From Squalus acanthias (taxonomy: Eukaryota): a DNA stretch of 64,000 nt. The DNA is taken from assembly GCA_030390025.1 (NCBI GenBank), contig CM059432.1, positions 110,858,001 to 110,922,000 on the forward strand. Reading direction: 5' to 3'. Below the pieces are notes generated by a model, which was given only the letters and a program-made list of their open reading frames with translations, was not told where the DNA came from and searched no databases. Both the position numbers and the translations under genes were made by a program. Shown here piece by piece: positions 62,216 to 64,000 of this stretch (the first letter of the stretch is position 1; the number at the start of each line of letters is the position of its first letter).

Positions 62216-62520
62216 ATATTAGCGCCTGGCGCTAATTATCGCCACTGACTGGAAACTTCACTTTTACCGCCCCGGGAGGTGAGTGGAGCGCTAAATCAGG
62301 TGCTGCACACCTGTCTTAAGGCGCAAAGGCCGAGCAGTGAGGCGCTAACTCAGCACGCGAGCGCAGCGCAGGTGCTGCCAGTTAGCGAGGGAACGCAGAC
62401 ACACTGGCGCCAGCCAGTTCTTAAAGCGGGGGGGGGCAACTTGCTCCCCAGCCACACCCTGCTCATTGCAGCCTTGAATCTCGGCCTGGAGAGACCTGTG
62501 AATCCATTTTGCTGCCAAGG

Positions 62521-64000
62521 ATGGAGAGGGTGAGAGAACGAGCTCAGCGCTTCACTGAGCGGGCCTTGGATGCTCTGGTTGGCGCGGTGGAGCGCAGAAG
62601 ATGTATACTCTTCCCTGAGAGTGGCAGGAGGCCTTTGCCATGCGAGTACAGAAGAGTGTGGAGGGAGGTGGCTCAGAGCATCTCCTCCAGGAGCATGGTG
62701 CCCAGGACCCATGTTCAATGCCGCAAAAAGTTCAACGACCTCACTCGGGTCGTCAGGGTGAGTGGCTTTTTCTCAATACCTCTCCATCCCTCCATCTCAA
62801 CCTCACTCTATGGCCAGAGGGTCTTAAAACCCCAATGCACAACATCCAACACCTATGGCCCTTTCATGAAACACACACACACATTCCACACTTTGCATAC
62901 AGTAAGGGCTATTCACCGATGGGAGGCACATCAGGCAAGACCATGGCTGTATACAGTAAGGGCTATTCACCTATGGGAGGCACATCAGGCAAGACCATGG
63001 CTGTATATTTACTCAGATGCTGTCCTTTTTCTTGTAGGCCAAGCTGGCGCATAATAGGAGACAGCAGCAACGGACAGGTGGAGGGCGGCCTCAGCTGCAA
63101 CCCCTCAGCGATCTTGAGGAGCGCGTCCACAGGATTGTGGCAAGCCAGGTGATCGGTCCCGTCGCCACTGGAGACGCCGACCCCGTTCTGGACAGCAATG
63201 GTAAGGTCATCACCTTTTTGTCCTCTGACCTTCCACTTGTCCCTCACAACACCAGCCTTTGACACTTTCAATCCAACTTGCTAACTCGCTGCACTTATTC
63301 CTCCCTTACTGCCACCCTGTCCTCACGCTAAAGCCACTCTTGTACCTCCCTGCTTTCAGATGGTGATTCACCAGCTGAGGAGACGGGCCCTGAAGCTGCC
63401 AGTGGGAGTGAAGCTGCAGCTGAGGAGAAAGAGGAAGCCGGAGCATCAGTGCCACCCTCTCCCGAGGAAGCCCATGCCCACACTGGGAACACGCCTTCCC
63501 TGGAGGGGAGCAGGGGGGAAGGGTCTGATGAGGGTGAAGCTCCAGGACCCAGTGGGCTGCAGCAATGCCATGGGGGTAGGGAAGAACGGGGGCCTTCTCC
63601 CCAGAGGGAGAGTACAATGGACGCAGAGGAGGAGCGGCTGATCGCAGAAATGAACACCCAGGCGGTGGGCTTGCACACTGAGCTCATGGGTGCAGTGGGA
63701 AGGGTGCCCGAATGCATTGAGTCACTGGCAAGGAGTGTGGAGCACTTCGCTGTAGCACAGGCGGATGCCACACTAACGCTTAGTGCTGCAATTCAGTCAC
63801 TGACTGCCGTGATCCCATCTCTGACTGCTCTCATGCAGACTCAGATTGAGGCCACGCGAGCACTGACTGCTGCCAACCTCGATGGTTCGTTCACATGTCC
63901 CCGGGGCTCTCACCGCGCCGCAGCAGGCCAGCAATCTGTGCTCCAGCAGATTGCTCCGGATGCTGAAGTGCTGCCCCGTGGGAGTGCCAGTGTGTCGGGC
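62521..64000 (+). CDS. Harbinger Myb/SANT-like DNA-binding protein (NAIF1/MSANTD-like), 3 exons: 62521-62757, 63038-63200, 63360->64000
   Basis: ATG in good Kozak context; RAQRFTERALDALV...W.EVA...RT..QCRKKFNDL; canonical GT-AG introns (phase 0, then 1) join into a frame with no stop to the window end (about 347 codons). Confidence 0.88.
62897..63007. repeat. 54-bp tandem duplication in intron 1 of the Myb-like gene
   Basis: ATACAGTAAGGGCTATTCACC(G/T)ATGGGAGGCACATCAGGCAAGACCATGGCTGT twice, one mismatch. Confidence 0.92.

Larger units (their letters stand above)
61871..64000 (+). mobile_element. Left part of a large Harbinger transposon (continues beyond the window)
   Basis: TIR GGGGGAAAAATT; subterminal region colinear with 56496; contains the spliced Myb-like gene. 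Confidence 0.88.

Noticed and set aside
62897..63007. Protein repeat or CRISPR-like array
   Set aside because: Simple two-unit tandem duplication without spacers, located inside an intron; eukaryotic context.

Overview
Repeat-dense vertebrate genomic DNA, most likely from a shark or other elasmobranch (inferred from an HE1/V-SINE-like fragment, Deu-type tRNA SINEs and CR1 LINEs with an esterase ORF1). No host protein-coding gene can be called confidently. The window is a nested stack of transposable elements: many CR1 copies (one with an intact ORF1), L2, an RTE LINE, another RT-bearing LINE sharing its tail with a tRNA SINE, Penelope-like fragments, and a near-intact 2.7-kb hAT (Buster/SPIN-like) transposon. 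It also holds an unusually rich PIF/Harbinger community with 3-bp TSDs. This includes a two-gene relic (Myb-like plus HARBI1-type transposase, convergent), an open three-exon Myb/SANT-like gene running off the right edge, and about a dozen internally deleted derivatives or MITEs. The most notable observations are a minimal hammerhead ribozyme in a 127-bp TSD-flanked Penelope-type insertion, the intact spliced Harbinger Myb gene and its deletion series, and two independent CR1 insertions sharing the same inactivating stop. All family assignments come from motif recognition by eye; no database searches were run.
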